61,088 nucleotides of DNA, filler included, from 4 parts of 4 records of this genome joined end to end with filler, not necessarily neighbours in it; one strand, 5' to 3'; shown: positions 10,185-21,326, numbered from the whole stretch's first letter. Translations and numbers: made by a program. The notes: a model not told the origin generated them from the letters alone.

Positions 10185-10788
10185 TGATGCGAAAACCCCA
10201 GAGCGCCATGCTTACCGCATGGCAAAGAAACAGGAAATCATGCAGCAACGCATTGCCAATGCGGACAAGGAACAGGGCATCCTGCTGGTGCTGACCGGGC
10301 CGGGCAAGGGCAAAAGCAGTTCCGGTTTCGGGATGGTGGCGCGGGCACTGGGTCATGGCATGAAAGTGGGTGTGGTGCAGTTTATTAAAGGCGCCTTCAG
10401 TACCGGCGAAGAGGCCTTTTTCCGTGATCTGCCCAATGTGGATTATCACGTGATGGGTGAAGGCTATACCTGGGATACCCAGGACCGGGAGCGGGATGTG
10501 GCGGCCGCCAGTGCGGCGTGGGATATCGCCAGTGCCATGCTGCGTGATGACAGCTATCACATGGTGCTGCTGGATGAACTCAATATCGCATTGCGCTACG
10601 AATACCTCGATCTGGATCGGGTGCTGGACGACCTGCAAAATCGCCCGGCCATGCAGCACGCCGTGGTCACCGGCCGATATGCGCCAAAGGAGCTGATTGA
10701 ACTGGCAGATACCGTCACCGAAATGAAAGTGGTGAAGCATGCGTTCAAGGACCTGGGGGTGAAAGCGCAGAAGGGCGTGGAGCTGTGA
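10177..10788 (+). CDS. cobO: Cob(I)yrinate a,c-diamide adenosyltransferase (CobO/BtuR)
   Basis: TGPGKGKSSSGFG, VVQFIKG, LLDELN, VTGRYAP, KHAF...AQKGVE; the start overlaps the cobB 3' end. Confidence 0.93.
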   Translation: MRDDAKTPERHAYRMAKKQEIMQQRIANADKEQGILLVLTGPGKGKSSSGFGMVARALGHGMKVGVVQFIKGAFSTGEEAFFRDLPNVDYHVMGEGYTWDTQDRERDVAAASAAWDIASAMLRDDSYHMVLLDELNIALRYEYLDLDRVLDDLQNRPAMQHAVVTGRYAPKELIELADTVTEMKVVKHAFKDLGVKAQKGVEL

Positions 10789-10793
10789 AGAGC

Positions 10794-10947
10794 AGTTCAA
10801 AGTGTAAAGTTCAAAGTTTAAAAGCGCGGGAGAAGTTCTCTGTTTTTCATGTCTGTGCCCGCATCAATGCCACTAGGCGCGGTGATGGCGTTGACGTAAT
10901 CAAGAGAGATGGAATGCGTTTCAACTTTGAACTTTTAACTTTCAACT
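10794..10947. repeat. Intergenic inverted-repeat element built of heptamer units
   Basis: Left arm AGTTCAA AGTGTAA AGTTCAA AGTTTAA; right arm (reverse complement) AGTTGAA AGTTAAA AGTTCAA AGTTGAA; nested inner stem TCAATGCCA/TGGCGTTGA. Confidence 0.85.
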
Positions 10948-10960
10948 CAGGGTTTTTCTC

Positions 10961-12412
10961 ATGCGGACCCTGATGGTGCAGGGTTGCACCTCCGATGCAG
11001 GAAAGAGCACGGTGGTGGCGGCGTTGTGTCGTTGGTTCGCGCAGCGAGGATATTCGGTGGCGCCGTTCAAGCCGCAGAATATGGCACTGAACAGCGCGGT
11101 GACCGTGGATGGCGGCGAGATCGGTCGTTCTACCGCGTTGCAGGCGTTGGCCTGCGGGGTAGAACCGCACAGCGATATGAATCCGGTGCTGCTCAAGCCG
11201 CAGACAGACATGGGCGCCCAGGTGATCATTCGCGGCCAGGTGCTGGGCAATATGCAGGCGCTGGATTATCACGCTTACAAAAAGACCGCCAGTGAAGCGG
11301 TGCTGGCGGCCTGGCAGGCGCTCACTTCCCGGTATGATGTGGTCATCGTGGAAGGCGCGGGTAGCCCGGCGGAAATCAATTTGCGTGAGAATGACATTGC
11401 CAATATGGGCTTTGCCGAGATGGTGGATTGCCCGGTTATTCTGGTTGCCGATATCGATCGCGGCGGTGTCTTTGCCCATCTCACCGGTACGCTGGATCTT
11501 TTGTCGAAAAGCGAACAGCAGCGCACCCGGGGGTTTGTCATCAACCGTTTCCGTGGCGATATTTCCTTGCTGCAGGGCGGGTTGGACTGGCTTGAAGATC
11601 GCACCGGTAAACCCGTGTTTGGTGTGCTGCCCTATCTGCATGGTCTGACGCTGGATGCGGAAGATGCGGTGGATGAGCAGGGCGAACACGAAACTGATGC
11701 CCTCAATGTGGTAGTGCCGCTGTTGCCGCGCATGAGTAACCACAATGATTTTGATCCTTTACGCCTGCATCCACAGGTCAATCTGCGGTTCGTGAAAATG
11801 GGCGAGCCCTGGCCGGCGGCGGATCTGGTGATCCTCCCCGGCAGCAAGGCCACCCGTGCGGACCTGGCCTTCCTGCGTGAACAGGGGTGGGACAAACAAA
11901 TCGAAAAGCATCTGCGTTACGGCGGCAAGGTGCTGGGTATTTGCGGTGGCTTTCAGATGCTCGGCGAGCGGATTGATGACCCTCAGGGGCTGGAGAGTGA
12001 TCCCGGTAGCAGCCAGGGACTGGGCTGGCTGGCCATGAACACCGAGTTGATAGCGGGCAAACAGCTTGCCAACACAAAGGGGAAACTTCTGGCCTCAGAT
12101 TCGCCTGTTCAAGGTTACGAGATTCATAACGGCATTACCCGCGGAGAGGCGCTGAGCCGCCCCATGCTGATGCTGGGTGACCGATACGATGGGGCCATGA
12201 GTCAGGATGGCCAGGTGATGGGGTGTTACCTGCACGGTTTGTTTGATGTGGCAGACAGTGGCAACGCCATCCTTGCCTGGGGCGGTCTGCACGATAATCG
12301 CGGCGTAGACTATGCCGCTCACCGGGAGCAGCAACTGGACCGGCTTGCCGATATGGTGGAGCGCCATATGGACATGACGATATTGCAGGAAGCCATCTCA
12401 AGGGCTCCCTAG
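10961..12412 (+). CDS. cobQ: Cobyric acid synthase
   Basis: [73 protein letters not shown]. Confidence 0.95.
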   Translation: MRTLMVQGCTSDAGKSTVVAALCRWFAQRGYSVAPFKPQNMALNSAVTVDGGEIGRSTALQALACGVEPHSDMNPVLLKPQTDMGAQVIIRGQVLGNMQALDYHAYKKTASEAVLAAWQALTSRYDVVIVEGAGSPAEINLRENDIANMGFAEMVDCPVILVADIDRGGVFAHLTGTLDLLSKSEQQRTRGFVINRFRGDISLLQGGLDWLEDRTGKPVFGVLPYLHGLTLDAEDAVDEQGEHETDALNVVVPLLPRMSNHNDFDPLRLHPQVNLRFVKMGEPWPAADLVILPGSKATRADLAFLREQGWDKQIEKHLRYGGKVLGICGGFQMLGERIDDPQGLESDPGSSQGLGWLAMNTELIAGKQLANTKGKLLASDSPVQGYEIHNGITRGEALSRPMLMLGDRYDGAMSQDGQVMGCYLHGLFDVADSGNAILAWGGLHDNRGVDYAAHREQQLDRLADMVERHMDMTILQEAISRAP

Positions 12413-12740
12413 GCCCACTCCCTCCTTCAGGCTGCAGTCCTGACCATGAAGCCAGAGCATTACGCTCAAGCGGTTCGTCTTTTGCTTTTCGTGAACTGAC
12501 TCTCTGTGCAGGGCTATTTACGGTGTTTCACTGCATTGACATAAGCGTGCTGGATGCTGGGCTCCTTGTTGCATACCTTCCCGCTAGCGCCGGTATTTCC
12601 TGGCTATCAGCCGGCTGGAGGGCGAAGATAGCAAATCTTTACACCCTGAATACCTTTCGCGATGATGGATTTTCAGGTGGGCATAGGGGTACAGCTATTG
12701 CCGGACCTTGATCAAGGACTCTCCAACAAGGAATGCCGTT

Positions 12741-14801
12741 ATGAAAAGCGTACTGCTCTACTCTAGTCTCACAGCCTGCCTGATGCTTGCAGGCTGTGGT
12801 GATGAAGGCGAACAATCCGCCGGGAAACAGAAAGAGGTCGGCCAGCCGGCGGTGGCGGAAAAGGCGCCGCAGAAAAAATCTGACAAGGCTCCGGCAGAGA
12901 AAGAAGGGCCCAAGCCCGCGGAAGCGGCCACCAAGGATAGTAACGAGGCCCTTAAAGAGTATTTGCCGTTCTCGGATAACACGTCTTTCGAGCTGGCCCA
13001 TAAGGGATTCATTGCGCCGCTTCCCAAGGAAATGATCAAGGGTGAAGAAGGCAATCCGGTATGGGATCCGGCCAAGTATGATTTTATTGAGGAAGGCTCG
13101 GAAGCACCGGAAACGGTTAACCCGAGTCTGTGGCGCCAATCCCAGTTGTTGAATATTTCCGGGTTATTTGAAGTGACCGACGGGATTTATCAGGTTCGTA
13201 ATCTCGACCTGTCCAACATGACGATTGTGGAAGGCGAGAAAGGTCTGACCATCATGGATCCGTTGGTGTCTGCAGAAACCGCCAAGGTGGCGCTGGACCT
13301 CTATTACGAGCATCGCCCGAAAAAACCGGTGGTCGCTGTGATTTATACCCACAGCCATGTGGATCACTATGGTGGTGTTCGTGGTGTGGTCGATGAAGCT
13401 GATGTCAACGCGGGTAAGGTGGACATCTATGCGCCGGTGGGCTTTCTGGATGCCGCTGTTGCCGAGAATGTGATGGCCGGTAATGTCATGAGTCGCCGCG
13501 CCAGTTACATGTATGGCAACCTGCTGCCGCCCAGCCCGCAAGGTCAAGTGGGCGCCGGGTTGGGGACCACCACCTCAGCCGGTACGGTTACTCTGATTCC
13601 TCCTACCAAAATCATTGAAAAGACCGGTGAAGTCCACAAGATTGACGGGCTGACGTATGAGTTTCTGAATGCGCCAGGTTCAGAGGCGCCGTCCGAGATG
13701 CTCTATTACATCAAGGAAAAGAAAGCGCTCAATACCGCTGAAGATTCGACTCATACGCTGCACAACACCTACTCGCTGCGCGGCGCCAAGATCCGTGACC
13801 CGCTGGCCTGGTCCAAGTATCTGAATCAGGCGCTGGATATGTGGGGTGATGAAGTGGAAGTGATGTACGCCATGCACCACTGGCCAGTGTGGGGCAAGGA
13901 CAAGGTCAATGAGCATATCAGCACGCAGCGGGATATGTATCGCTTCATCAATGATGAAACCCTGCGCATGGCCAATCAGGGCTACACCATGTTGGAGATC
14001 GCTGAGCAAGTCAAAGTGCCCGATGCCATCGCCAAGAACTTTTCCAACCGCGGTTATTACGGTTCCATCAGTCACAACGTGAAGGCTACTTATGTGATGT
14101 ACCTGGGTTGGTTTGTCGGCAACCCGGCGACCCTGCATGAGCTGCCTCCGGCGGATGCGGCCGAGCGTTACGTGGAGATGATGGGCGGCGTGGATGCGTT
14201 GCTGGACAAGGCCCGTGACTACTTCGAAAAAGGGGACTATCGCTGGGTAGCGGAAGTGGTCAATCATGCCGTCTTCGCCGATCCGGATAACCAGGAAGCC
14301 AAGAACCTGCAGGCCGACGCGCTGGAGCAGATGGGTTATCAGGCAGAAAGCGGTCCGTGGCGTAATTTCTACCTGAGCGGCGCCCAGGAACTGCGTAATG
14401 GTGTGGCGCAATTGCCGACGCCCAATACTGCCAGCCCGGATACCGTTCGTGCCATGGATGAGAGCCTGTTCTTCGATTTCCTGGGTGTGCGTCTCAATAC
14501 CGAGAAAGCTGAAGGCAAACACCTGAAGCTGAATTTCGTATTCACAGACAGGGACAAGAAGTTTGCCGTGGAAATGGTGAACGGCGTACTGAATCACACC
14601 GAAGACAGCCAATTTGATGATCCCGATGCCACCATCAAAATGAATCGAGATACCTTGAATGGTTTCATGCTTCAGGAAACTACGCTGGAGAAAGCCATCG
14701 AGGAGGGTGATGTCAATATCGACGGGGATCAGGACAAGCTGAGCGAACTGGTCTCCTGCCTGGATGACTTCGAGTTCTGGTTCAATATTGTAACGCCATA
14801 G
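12741..14801 (+). CDS. yjcS: Alkyl/aryl sulfatase (SdsA1/YjcS type, metallo-beta-lactamase fold + SCP2-like C-terminus), lipoprotein
   Basis: THSHVDHYGG, TVNPSLWRQ, HNTYSLRGAKIRD, MHHWP, RGYYG, FWFNIVTP; N-terminal lipobox LAGC. Confidence 0.88.
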   Translation: MKSVLLYSSLTACLMLAGCGDEGEQSAGKQKEVGQPAVAEKAPQKKSDKAPAEKEGPKPAEAATKDSNEALKEYLPFSDNTSFELAHKGFIAPLPKEMIKGEEGNPVWDPAKYDFIEEGSEAPETVNPSLWRQSQLLNISGLFEVTDGIYQVRNLDLSNMTIVEGEKGLTIMDPLVSAETAKVALDLYYEHRPKKPVVAVIYTHSHVDHYGGVRGVVDEADVNAGKVDIYAPVGFLDAAVAENVMAGNVMSRRASYMYGNLLPPSPQGQVGAGLGTTTSAGTVTLIPPTKIIEKTGEVHKIDGLTYEFLNAPGSEAPSEMLYYIKEKKALNTAEDSTHTLHNTYSLRGAKIRDPLAWSKYLNQALDMWGDEVEVMYAMHHWPVWGKDKVNEHISTQRDMYRFINDETLRMANQGYTMLEIAEQVKVPDAIAKNFSNRGYYGSISHNVKATYVMYLGWFVGNPATLHELPPADAAERYVEMMGGVDALLDKARDYFEKGDYRWVAEVVNHAVFADPDNQEAKNLQADALEQMGYQAESGPWRNFYLSGAQELRNGVAQLPTPNTASPDTVRAMDESLFFDFLGVRLNTEKAEGKHLKLNFVFTDRDKKFAVEMVNGVLNHTEDSQFDDPDATIKMNRDTLNGFMLQETTLEKAIEEGDVNIDGDQDKLSELVSCLDDFEFWFNIVTP

Positions 14802-14844
14802 CGATGATTCAGAACGTGCAAGACACATGCACGTGAAGTAACAG

Positions 14845-14883
14845 AAACGCCCGATTTCCGTTTCACAGGAGTCGGGCGTTTTT
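14845..14883 (+). terminator. Rho-independent terminator after the sulfatase
   Basis: AAACGCCCGA...TCGGGCGTTTTT stem with U-tract. Confidence 0.75.
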
Positions 14884-14962
14884 ATATGTAGCGAAAACGG
14901 GAAGCATTTCACCGGCCTTCACAAGGTGATTGCCGTCGATTAAAGACGCTGTTTGATGTGCC

Positions 14963-15754
14963 CTAGCCCATGGGGTGGACGATGAGTCGTTCGCCCCAGA
15001 GTTCAGAAAGTTGACGGTGAGCCAGTGACGGTTCGGCGCTGCTCCAGAATGTGGCGCTGCCTGCTTGCGTGCTATCTGATAACAAATTGTGCATCTGCAG
15101 TCGTCGCACGGTTTCGCGGGCTACTGCCATATCGGTATTAACTACTTCCACGTGGGCACCCGCTGCCCGGCGAATCAGCGGCGCCAAAAACGCATAGTGG
15201 GTGCAGCCCAGGACGATATGATCCGCGCCTTTCTGGATCAGGGGCTGCACATAGCGGGCGGCCAGGGTCTGGGTCGCTTTGCTGTCCAGCTCCAGCGCTT
15301 CAATCTGTTCAACCAGCCCGGGACAGGGCTGGATTTCCACGCGCACGCTTTCTGAAAACAACCGGCTCAGGTTGTTGAACGATTCACTTTTTAGAGTCTG
15401 GCTGGTGGCCAGCACCCCGATAACGCCGCTCTTGCTCTGCAGGGCGGCCGGCTTGATGCCCGGTTCCACGCCGATGATCGGCAAGGTGTAATCGGCGCGC
15501 AGCTGTCTAATGGCAGAGACAGTGGCGGTGTTGCAGGCCACCACAATGGCTTTGGCCTCTCTTTCCAGGAGAAACCGGGTAACCGCATCCGCTCGTTGCC
15601 GAATGTAGTGCTCGGATTTTTCCCCATAAGGCGCATGGATGGAATCCGCTACATAGAGCAGGTCTTCGTTGGGCAACAGCTCTCGAATCCGGCGGGCAAT
15701 GGATAGGCCGCCGATGCCGGAGTCAAAGATGCCAATGGGGCCGGGGTGAGACAT
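14963..15754 (-). CDS. murI: Glutamate racemase
   Basis: PIGIFDSGIGGLS, PYG, VVACNTAT, VLGCTHY; start at ATG 15754. Confidence 0.95.
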   Translation of the reverse strand: MSHPGPIGIFDSGIGGLSIARRIRELLPNEDLLYVADSIHAPYGEKSEHYIRQRADAVTRFLLEREAKAIVVACNTATVSAIRQLRADYTLPIIGVEPGIKPAALQSKSGVIGVLATSQTLKSESFNNLSRLFSESVRVEIQPCPGLVEQIEALELDSKATQTLAARYVQPLIQKGADHIVLGCTHYAFLAPLIRRAAGAHVEVVNTDMAVARETVRRLQMHNLLSDSTQAGSATFWSSAEPSLAHRQLSELWGERLIVHPMG

Positions 15755-15902
15755 ACGGATATTCGGATGGAAACGAAGGCCCAAGGATATACCAAGACGG
15801 ACAGGTATAGGAGGGTACGCCGAAGTCAGCCTTTTCGTGACGTGAGCTTCTCTATGCGCGGAGGCGTGTTGCGTGGAGACTGTTGCAGCCGCAGAGCGGC
15901 AC

Positions 15903-15929
15903 AAAAAAGGCTCCCGAAGGAGCCTTTTT
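15903..15929. terminator. Intrinsic terminator downstream of slyD (bidirectional form)
   Basis: AAAAAAGGCTCC-CGAA-GGAGCCTTTTT. Confidence 0.85.
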
Positions 15930-15947
15930 CGTGCGAGCCGTCAGCGA

Positions 15948-16436
15948 TCAGTGATCGTGACCTTCCGGGCCATGTACGTGGCCGTGCTCTTTCTCTTCGT
16001 CGGACGCTTCGCGTACGTCGGTCACTTCCACGGCGAAGTTCAGGGTTTCACCTGCCAGCGGGTGGTTGCCATCGACGGTCACTTCATCGCCTTCAACGGC
16101 GGTGATGGTGAAGACGCGTTGGCCGGCTTCGGTCTGCGCCTGGAACTGCATGCCCGGCTGCAGGTTATCTTCGTTGCCTTCAAACGCGGTTTTCGGCACT
16201 TGCTGAATCAGCTGCTCGTGACGCTCGCCGTAGCCTTCTTCCGGAGTAACGGTGACATCCAGCTTGTCGCCAGCGGCCTTGCCTACCAGGGCATTTTCCA
16301 GGCCCGGAATGATATTGCCGGCGCCGTGCAGGTACGCCAGGGGCTCGCCACGCTCGACGGAAGAATCGATGGTTTCACCGGCGTTGTTGGTCAGGGTGTA
16401 GTGGATGGACACTACGGCATTTTCAGAAATTTGCAT
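15948..16436 (-). CDS. slyD: FKBP-type peptidyl-prolyl isomerase
   Basis: YLHGAGNIIPGLE, DGNHPLAG, short His-rich tail HGHVHGPEGHDH. Confidence 0.93.
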   Translation of the reverse strand: MQISENAVVSIHYTLTNNAGETIDSSVERGEPLAYLHGAGNIIPGLENALVGKAAGDKLDVTVTPEEGYGERHEQLIQQVPKTAFEGNEDNLQPGMQFQAQTEAGQRVFTITAVEGDEVTVDGNHPLAGETLNFAVEVTDVREASDEEKEHGHVHGPEGHDH

Positions 16437-16638
16437 GGAAACCCTTTAGGGGTAGATGAATTCGGAATAAGAGGCGTGGCGGTCATGATGTTTTCATGGC
16501 CTGATCGCGCCCTGTATTCAGGTCGGCGAACATTCTAACAAGACCGGCAAGGGCCTGACCAACCAGAGCCGAGCCGGCCCGACGGGCGTGCAGGGCCGTG
16601 ATTGCCCGGATTGGCCCCGCATTTGCTACAGTACCGGC

Positions 16639-17652
16639 ATGAATGCTGATGTTTCCACTGATAATCCGGTACTGCAGGACCGCTTCGGGCGCACCATTGA
16701 TTACGTGCGCTTGTCGGTGACGGACCGCTGTGATTTCCGCTGTGTGTACTGCATGGCGGAGGATATGACCTTTGTTCCCCGCGCTCAGGTGTTGACCCTG
16801 GAAGAGATGGGGCGGCTGGCGCGGGTACTGGTGCAGCTGGGGGTAAAGCGCATTCGCCTGACCGGTGGGGAGCCCCTGGTGCGCCGGGATGTGGCGCGGT
16901 TAGTGCGCGATATTGGTGCCATTGACGGCCTGCGTGAACTGAACATGACCACCAATGGCGCCGGCTTACCCCGCCACGCGCAGGCATTGAAGGCGGCGGG
17001 GGTGGACCGGCTTAACATCAGCCTGGATTCCCTGGACCCGGAACGCTTCCGGGCATTGACCCGAACCGGCGATCTGCAGCAGGTGATTGCCGGCATCGAT
17101 GCAGCGCGGGACGCAGGCTTTGAGCGGATTAAACTCAACAGTGTGATCATGCGTGGCCGCAACCACGACGAGGTGCCGGCACTGGTAGATTTCGCGCTGG
17201 CGCGGGGGCTGGATATTGCCTTTATCGAGGAAATGCCTCTGGGGCATATCACCGAGCACGATCGGGAGTTGGCGTTTGTGTCCTCGGCGGAGCTTCGTGA
17301 ACAGCTATCGGCGCAGTTAATTCTGGTGCCGCTGGCGGAGAAAACCGGAGGACCGTCACGCTACTGGCAGGTGCCGGGCAGTAACAGCCGCATCGGCTTT
17401 ATTTCGCCTCATTCACAAAACTTTTGCCATTTGTGTAATCGGGTGCGGATTACGGCCGAGGGGCGTATGCTTTTGTGCCTGGGCCACGAGCACAGTGTGG
17501 ATTTGCGCGCTGTGCTGCGCGCCTACCCGGATGATGACACCCCCCTTCGCGAAGCCATTGTGGACGCCATGGCGATCAAACCCGAGCGCCACGACTTCAC
17601 CTTGGGTCCGGGTGAGCAATTGGTACGATTCATGAATATGACTGGTGGTTAA
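16639..17652 (+). CDS. moaA: GTP 3',8-cyclase (radical SAM)
   Basis: [29 protein letters not shown]...LCL, C-terminal MNMTGG. Confidence 0.95.
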   Translation: MNADVSTDNPVLQDRFGRTIDYVRLSVTDRCDFRCVYCMAEDMTFVPRAQVLTLEEMGRLARVLVQLGVKRIRLTGGEPLVRRDVARLVRDIGAIDGLRELNMTTNGAGLPRHAQALKAAGVDRLNISLDSLDPERFRALTRTGDLQQVIAGIDAARDAGFERIKLNSVIMRGRNHDEVPALVDFALARGLDIAFIEEMPLGHITEHDRELAFVSSAELREQLSAQLILVPLAEKTGGPSRYWQVPGSNSRIGFISPHSQNFCHLCNRVRITAEGRMLLCLGHEHSVDLRAVLRAYPDDDTPLREAIVDAMAIKPERHDFTLGPGEQLVRFMNMTGG

Positions 17653-17701
17653 CGTCTGACTTTCGTCGTCAGGCGTCTGGCAAATAACGTAGCGAGAGAC
17701 C

Positions 17702-18349
17702 ATGAAATCCCTACCTGATTTGTTTTCCAACAACGAAAAATGGCGCCACGAAATTGAACAGCGCCACCCCGGCTTCTTCAAGGCGCTGGGAGAACAGCAG
17801 AACCCGGAATATCTGTGGATCGGTTGTGCCGATTCCCGGGTGCCTGCCAATGAAGTCGTGGGCATGATGCCTGGTGAGCTGTTTGTTCACCGCAACGTGG
17901 CCAACCTGGTTAACCACACCGACCTGAACTTGCTGTCAGTGCTGCAGTTCGCCGTGGATGTGTTGAAGGTCAAACACATCATGGTGGTGGGGCATTACGG
18001 TTGCGGTGGTATCAAGGCTGCCATGGAAGATGTGCCCCATGGACTGATTGATAACTGGCTGCGACAGGTCCGCGAGTTGTATCTGCGCAATCGCAAGAAT
18101 CTGGCCGAGCTGCCGGATGATTCGGCGCGCGTGGACAAGATGTGTGAGCTGAATGTGGCGCGCCAGGTGATCAACGTCTCCAACACTACCGTGGTGCAGG
18201 AGGCCTGGCGCCGCGATCAGCCGCTGACCATCCACGGCTGGATTTACGGTATCGGTGATGGTCACCTGCGGGATCTGGATATCCAGATTCAGAATAATGG
18301 TGAGCTGCGCAGTTTGGAAACAGACGAGTACGACAACTGTTCGGGATGA
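17702..18349 (+). CDS. can: Beta-class carbonic anhydrase
   Basis: WIGCADSRVP, GELFVHRNVAN, GHYGCGG. Confidence 0.95.
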   Translation: MKSLPDLFSNNEKWRHEIEQRHPGFFKALGEQQNPEYLWIGCADSRVPANEVVGMMPGELFVHRNVANLVNHTDLNLLSVLQFAVDVLKVKHIMVVGHYGCGGIKAAMEDVPHGLIDNWLRQVRELYLRNRKNLAELPDDSARVDKMCELNVARQVINVSNTTVVQEAWRRDQPLTIHGWIYGIGDGHLRDLDIQIQNNGELRSLETDEYDNCSG

Positions 18350-18424
18350 GGTGACGAGTTGCGATGGGTTGGATTGGGAAAGGTTGAAAAGTTCCTTGGC
18401 CACGGCACTTTCTACGAAGCTGCG

Positions 18425-18450
18425 GTAGGAGTTCCCTTCCAGGGGACGAA
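18425..18450 (+). repeat. GTAG-family REP-like palindrome at contig end
   Basis: GTAGGAG-TTCCCT-TCC-AGGGGA-CGAA; same GTAGGAG...CGAA frame as the copy at 31-60. Confidence 0.65.
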
Positions 18451-18454
18451 CCGC

Positions 18455-18554
18455 NNNNNNNNNNNNNNNNNNNNNNNNNNNNNNNNNNNNNNNNNNNNTT
18501 AATTAATTAANNNNNNNNNNNNNNNNNNNNNNNNNNNNNNNNNNNNNNNNNNNN
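18455..18554. other. Artificial contig linker
   Basis: 44 N + TTAATTAATTAA (stops in all six frames) + 44 N; abrupt GC change across it. Confidence 0.98.
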
Positions 18555-20579
18555 ATTCATTTCTACCATAAAAGTAGATTCGCCCATCGAAATATTATCG
18601 CTCGCACCTACACGTGTAAATATTTTATCTACACAGCCCATTCTAGCCGCACTAGCCGGCACAAAACTCCCCATCTGTGCCAAGAGTACAATTAGAGCTG
18701 TTTGCCTAAGAATGGCAGATTTACCACTCATATTGGGGCCTGTAATCATAATTATTTGCTGATTCTCACGATCTAGAAAAACATCATTCGCTATATATGG
18801 CGAATCTGGTGGCAATTGCTTTTCAATAACAGGATGGCGACCTTCTTTTATATCCAAATCAAAACTATCGTCTAAAAGTGGACGGGTATAATTAGCCGCT
18901 TTGGCCTGTGTAGCAAAGGAACACAGGCAATCCATTTGTGCTATCAACGCTGCATTTTGTTGAACCGACCCAATAAATTGAAGCATCCATGCTACTAATT
19001 TTGAGAATATTTCCTGCTCTAGCGCCAAGATTTTTTCTTCTGCACCAAGAATTTTGGTTTCGTATTCTTTTAATTCTTCCGTAATATATCGTTCTGCATT
19101 TACAAGCGTTTGCTTGCGAATCCACTCTGGTGGAACTTTATCTTTATGGGTATTTCGGACTTCTATATAATACCCAAAAACGTTATTTGAAGCTATTTTA
19201 AGCGAAGAAATACCCGTGCGTTTGGTTTCTCGCTCCAGCATTTCATCTAAATATTCCTTTCCATTTGCTGAAATATTCCGAAGCCCATCTAGTGTTTCCG
19301 AAAAACCTTCAGCAATAGAGTTTCCTTTCAGAATATTTACAGGAGCTTCTTCAAAAAGGGTTTCTTTAATTTTTTTTCGAAGTAATTCGCAATCGTGCAA
19401 TTGTTCACCAATTATTTTGAGCGATTCATTTTTAGAACTTAAAGCCAATGCTTTTATAGGAACCACGGCTTCCAAGGAATTTTTTAGCTGAATAACTTCG
19501 CGCGGATTCACTTTTCCTGTTGCCACTTTTGAAATAAGCCGCTCCAAATCTCCAATTCGCTTGGTATATTGTTGTGTTTTCTCTAAAGTTACTGGATTGT
19601 CGAGCAGAAAACTTACAACTTCGTGACGCCGATTTATCTTTTCAGCATTTTTAAGTGGGAGCGCCATCCAACGCTTTAAAAGCCTTCCACCCATTGGCGA
19701 AATTGTTTTATCGATAACATCCAAAAGCGTTATGGCGTTCTGCGCATTGGAATGATATAATTCTAAATTGCGAATGGTAAAACGATCCATCCACACGTAT
19801 TCGTCTTCGGCAATGCGCGACAAACGGGATATATGCTGAAGCTTTGTATGTCGAGTTTCACTTAAATAATGAAGCGCCGCACCGGCAGCAATAACACCAT
19901 CTTCCAAATGATCTACACCAAAACCTTTTAAGTTTTTTACATCAAAATGCTTTGTAAGTGTTTCAAAGGAATAATCGGTTTGAAAAATCCAATCTTCAAG
20001 ATGAAAAACGTGATATTCATTACCAAAAGTTTCAGAAAAAACCTTTCGTTTCTGTTTTGAAAAAAGTACTTCGGAAGGATTAAAATTCTGAAGTAGTTTA
20101 TCAACGTATTCCGCAGAACCTTCCGAGACCAAAAATTCACCAGTAGAAACATCCAAAAAGGAAACTCCAAGGCTTTTAGAACCAAAATGAACCGCAGCCA
20201 AAAAATTATTTGATTTCGATTTTAGAATATCATCATTAAAGGCAACACCGGGCGTAACTAATTCTGTAACACCACGTTTTACAATGGTTTTGGTTGCTTT
20301 AGGATCTTCCAACTGGTCGCAAATTGCAACGCGACACCCTGCCATAACTAGTTTTGGCAAATAGGTATTAAGGGAGTGATGCGGAAAACCAGCAAGTTCT
20401 ACATTATCACCACCATTATTTCTAGCAGTAAGCGTAATGTTTAAAATTCCCGCGGCACGAACGGCATCTTCCCCAAAAGTTTCGTAAAAATCGCCTACAC
20501 GAAACAGCAACAAAGCATCAGGATACTTCGCCTTAATCGTGTTATACTGCTTCATTAATGGGGTTTCCTTCTTCGCCAT
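18555..20579 (-). CDS. mutS: DNA mismatch repair protein MutS (3'-truncated by contig end)
   Basis: [37 protein letters not shown]...GESTFMVEM. Confidence 0.96.
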
Positions 20580-20699
20580 ATATCAAAAATATTCTTGAAC
20601 CGATAAATGTAACCAAAATGCTGTTTTCTTTAAAATGAAGTGATTGTGAATTATTTTGTTTTATCAACAATTCTATTTCATCGTTATCAGATTTACCTA

Positions 20700-20707
20700 T
20701 AACTTTG
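20700..20707 (+). promoter_or_regulatory. Bacteroidota -7 promoter element (TAnnTTTG)
   Basis: TAACTTTG 7 nt before the ATG at 20715. Confidence 0.55.
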
Positions 20708-20714
20708 CCTACTT

Positions 20715-21257
20715 ATGAAGTATCGAAAACTAAAAAACAGCGAATTAGATCGAATTAATCCAGAAGAATACAAAGCTTCAGAAAAAACACCGCTAATAAT
20801 TATTCTTGACAACATTAGAAGCTTGAACAATATTGGTTCTGTTTTTCGTACTGCTGATGCTTTTTTAGTGAAGAAAATTTACCTCTGTGGCATAACGGCA
20901 CAACCGCCACATAAGGATATTCAAAAAACTGCTTTGGGCGCCACGGAGAGTGTAACTTGGGAATATGCTGAAAACACGCTCGATGTAGTTTCAAAACTAC
21001 AAAGCGAAGGTATTTTTGTCGCTTCCATTGAACAGACTGAACTAGCTGTAAACTTAAATGATTTTTCTACTCAGAAAGAATTGACCTACGCCATAGTTTT
21101 TGGAAATGAGGTAAAAGGTGTGCAACAAAAAGTAGTTACTGCAAGTGATGTGGTTATTGAAATCCCACAATTTGGCACCAAACATTCGTTGAATATTTCA
21201 GTAAGTGTAGGTGTTGTTGTTTGGGACTTGTTTGTAAAACTGAAGAGAATTGGTTGA
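20715..21257 (+). CDS. SpoU/TrmH-family RNA methyltransferase
   Basis: LDNIRSLNNIGSVFRTAD, FGNEVKG, IPQFGTKHSLNISV. Confidence 0.92.
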   Translation: MKYRKLKNSELDRINPEEYKASEKTPLIIILDNIRSLNNIGSVFRTADAFLVKKIYLCGITAQPPHKDIQKTALGATESVTWEYAENTLDVVSKLQSEGIFVASIEQTELAVNLNDFSTQKELTYAIVFGNEVKGVQQKVVTASDVVIEIPQFGTKHSLNISVSVGVVVWDLFVKLKRIG

Positions 21258-21326
21258 TAGAAAAAATAAAATTTATTTCTTGAAAAGCTTTAGCTCCTTT
21301 TCTATATTATTTCTGCTTTATGCTCT

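Noticed and set aside
13680..14912. 410-aa minus-strand ORF and similar long antisense ORFs (10847-11743, 4617-5444, 3239-4114, 15873-16538)
   Set aside because: They overlap well-supported genes on the opposite strand in GC-rich DNA and have no recognisable motifs.
18499..18510. TTAATTAATTAA repeated three times in the window as a biological repeat
   Set aside because: It is always centred in 44+44 N and is a six-frame-stop assembly spacer.
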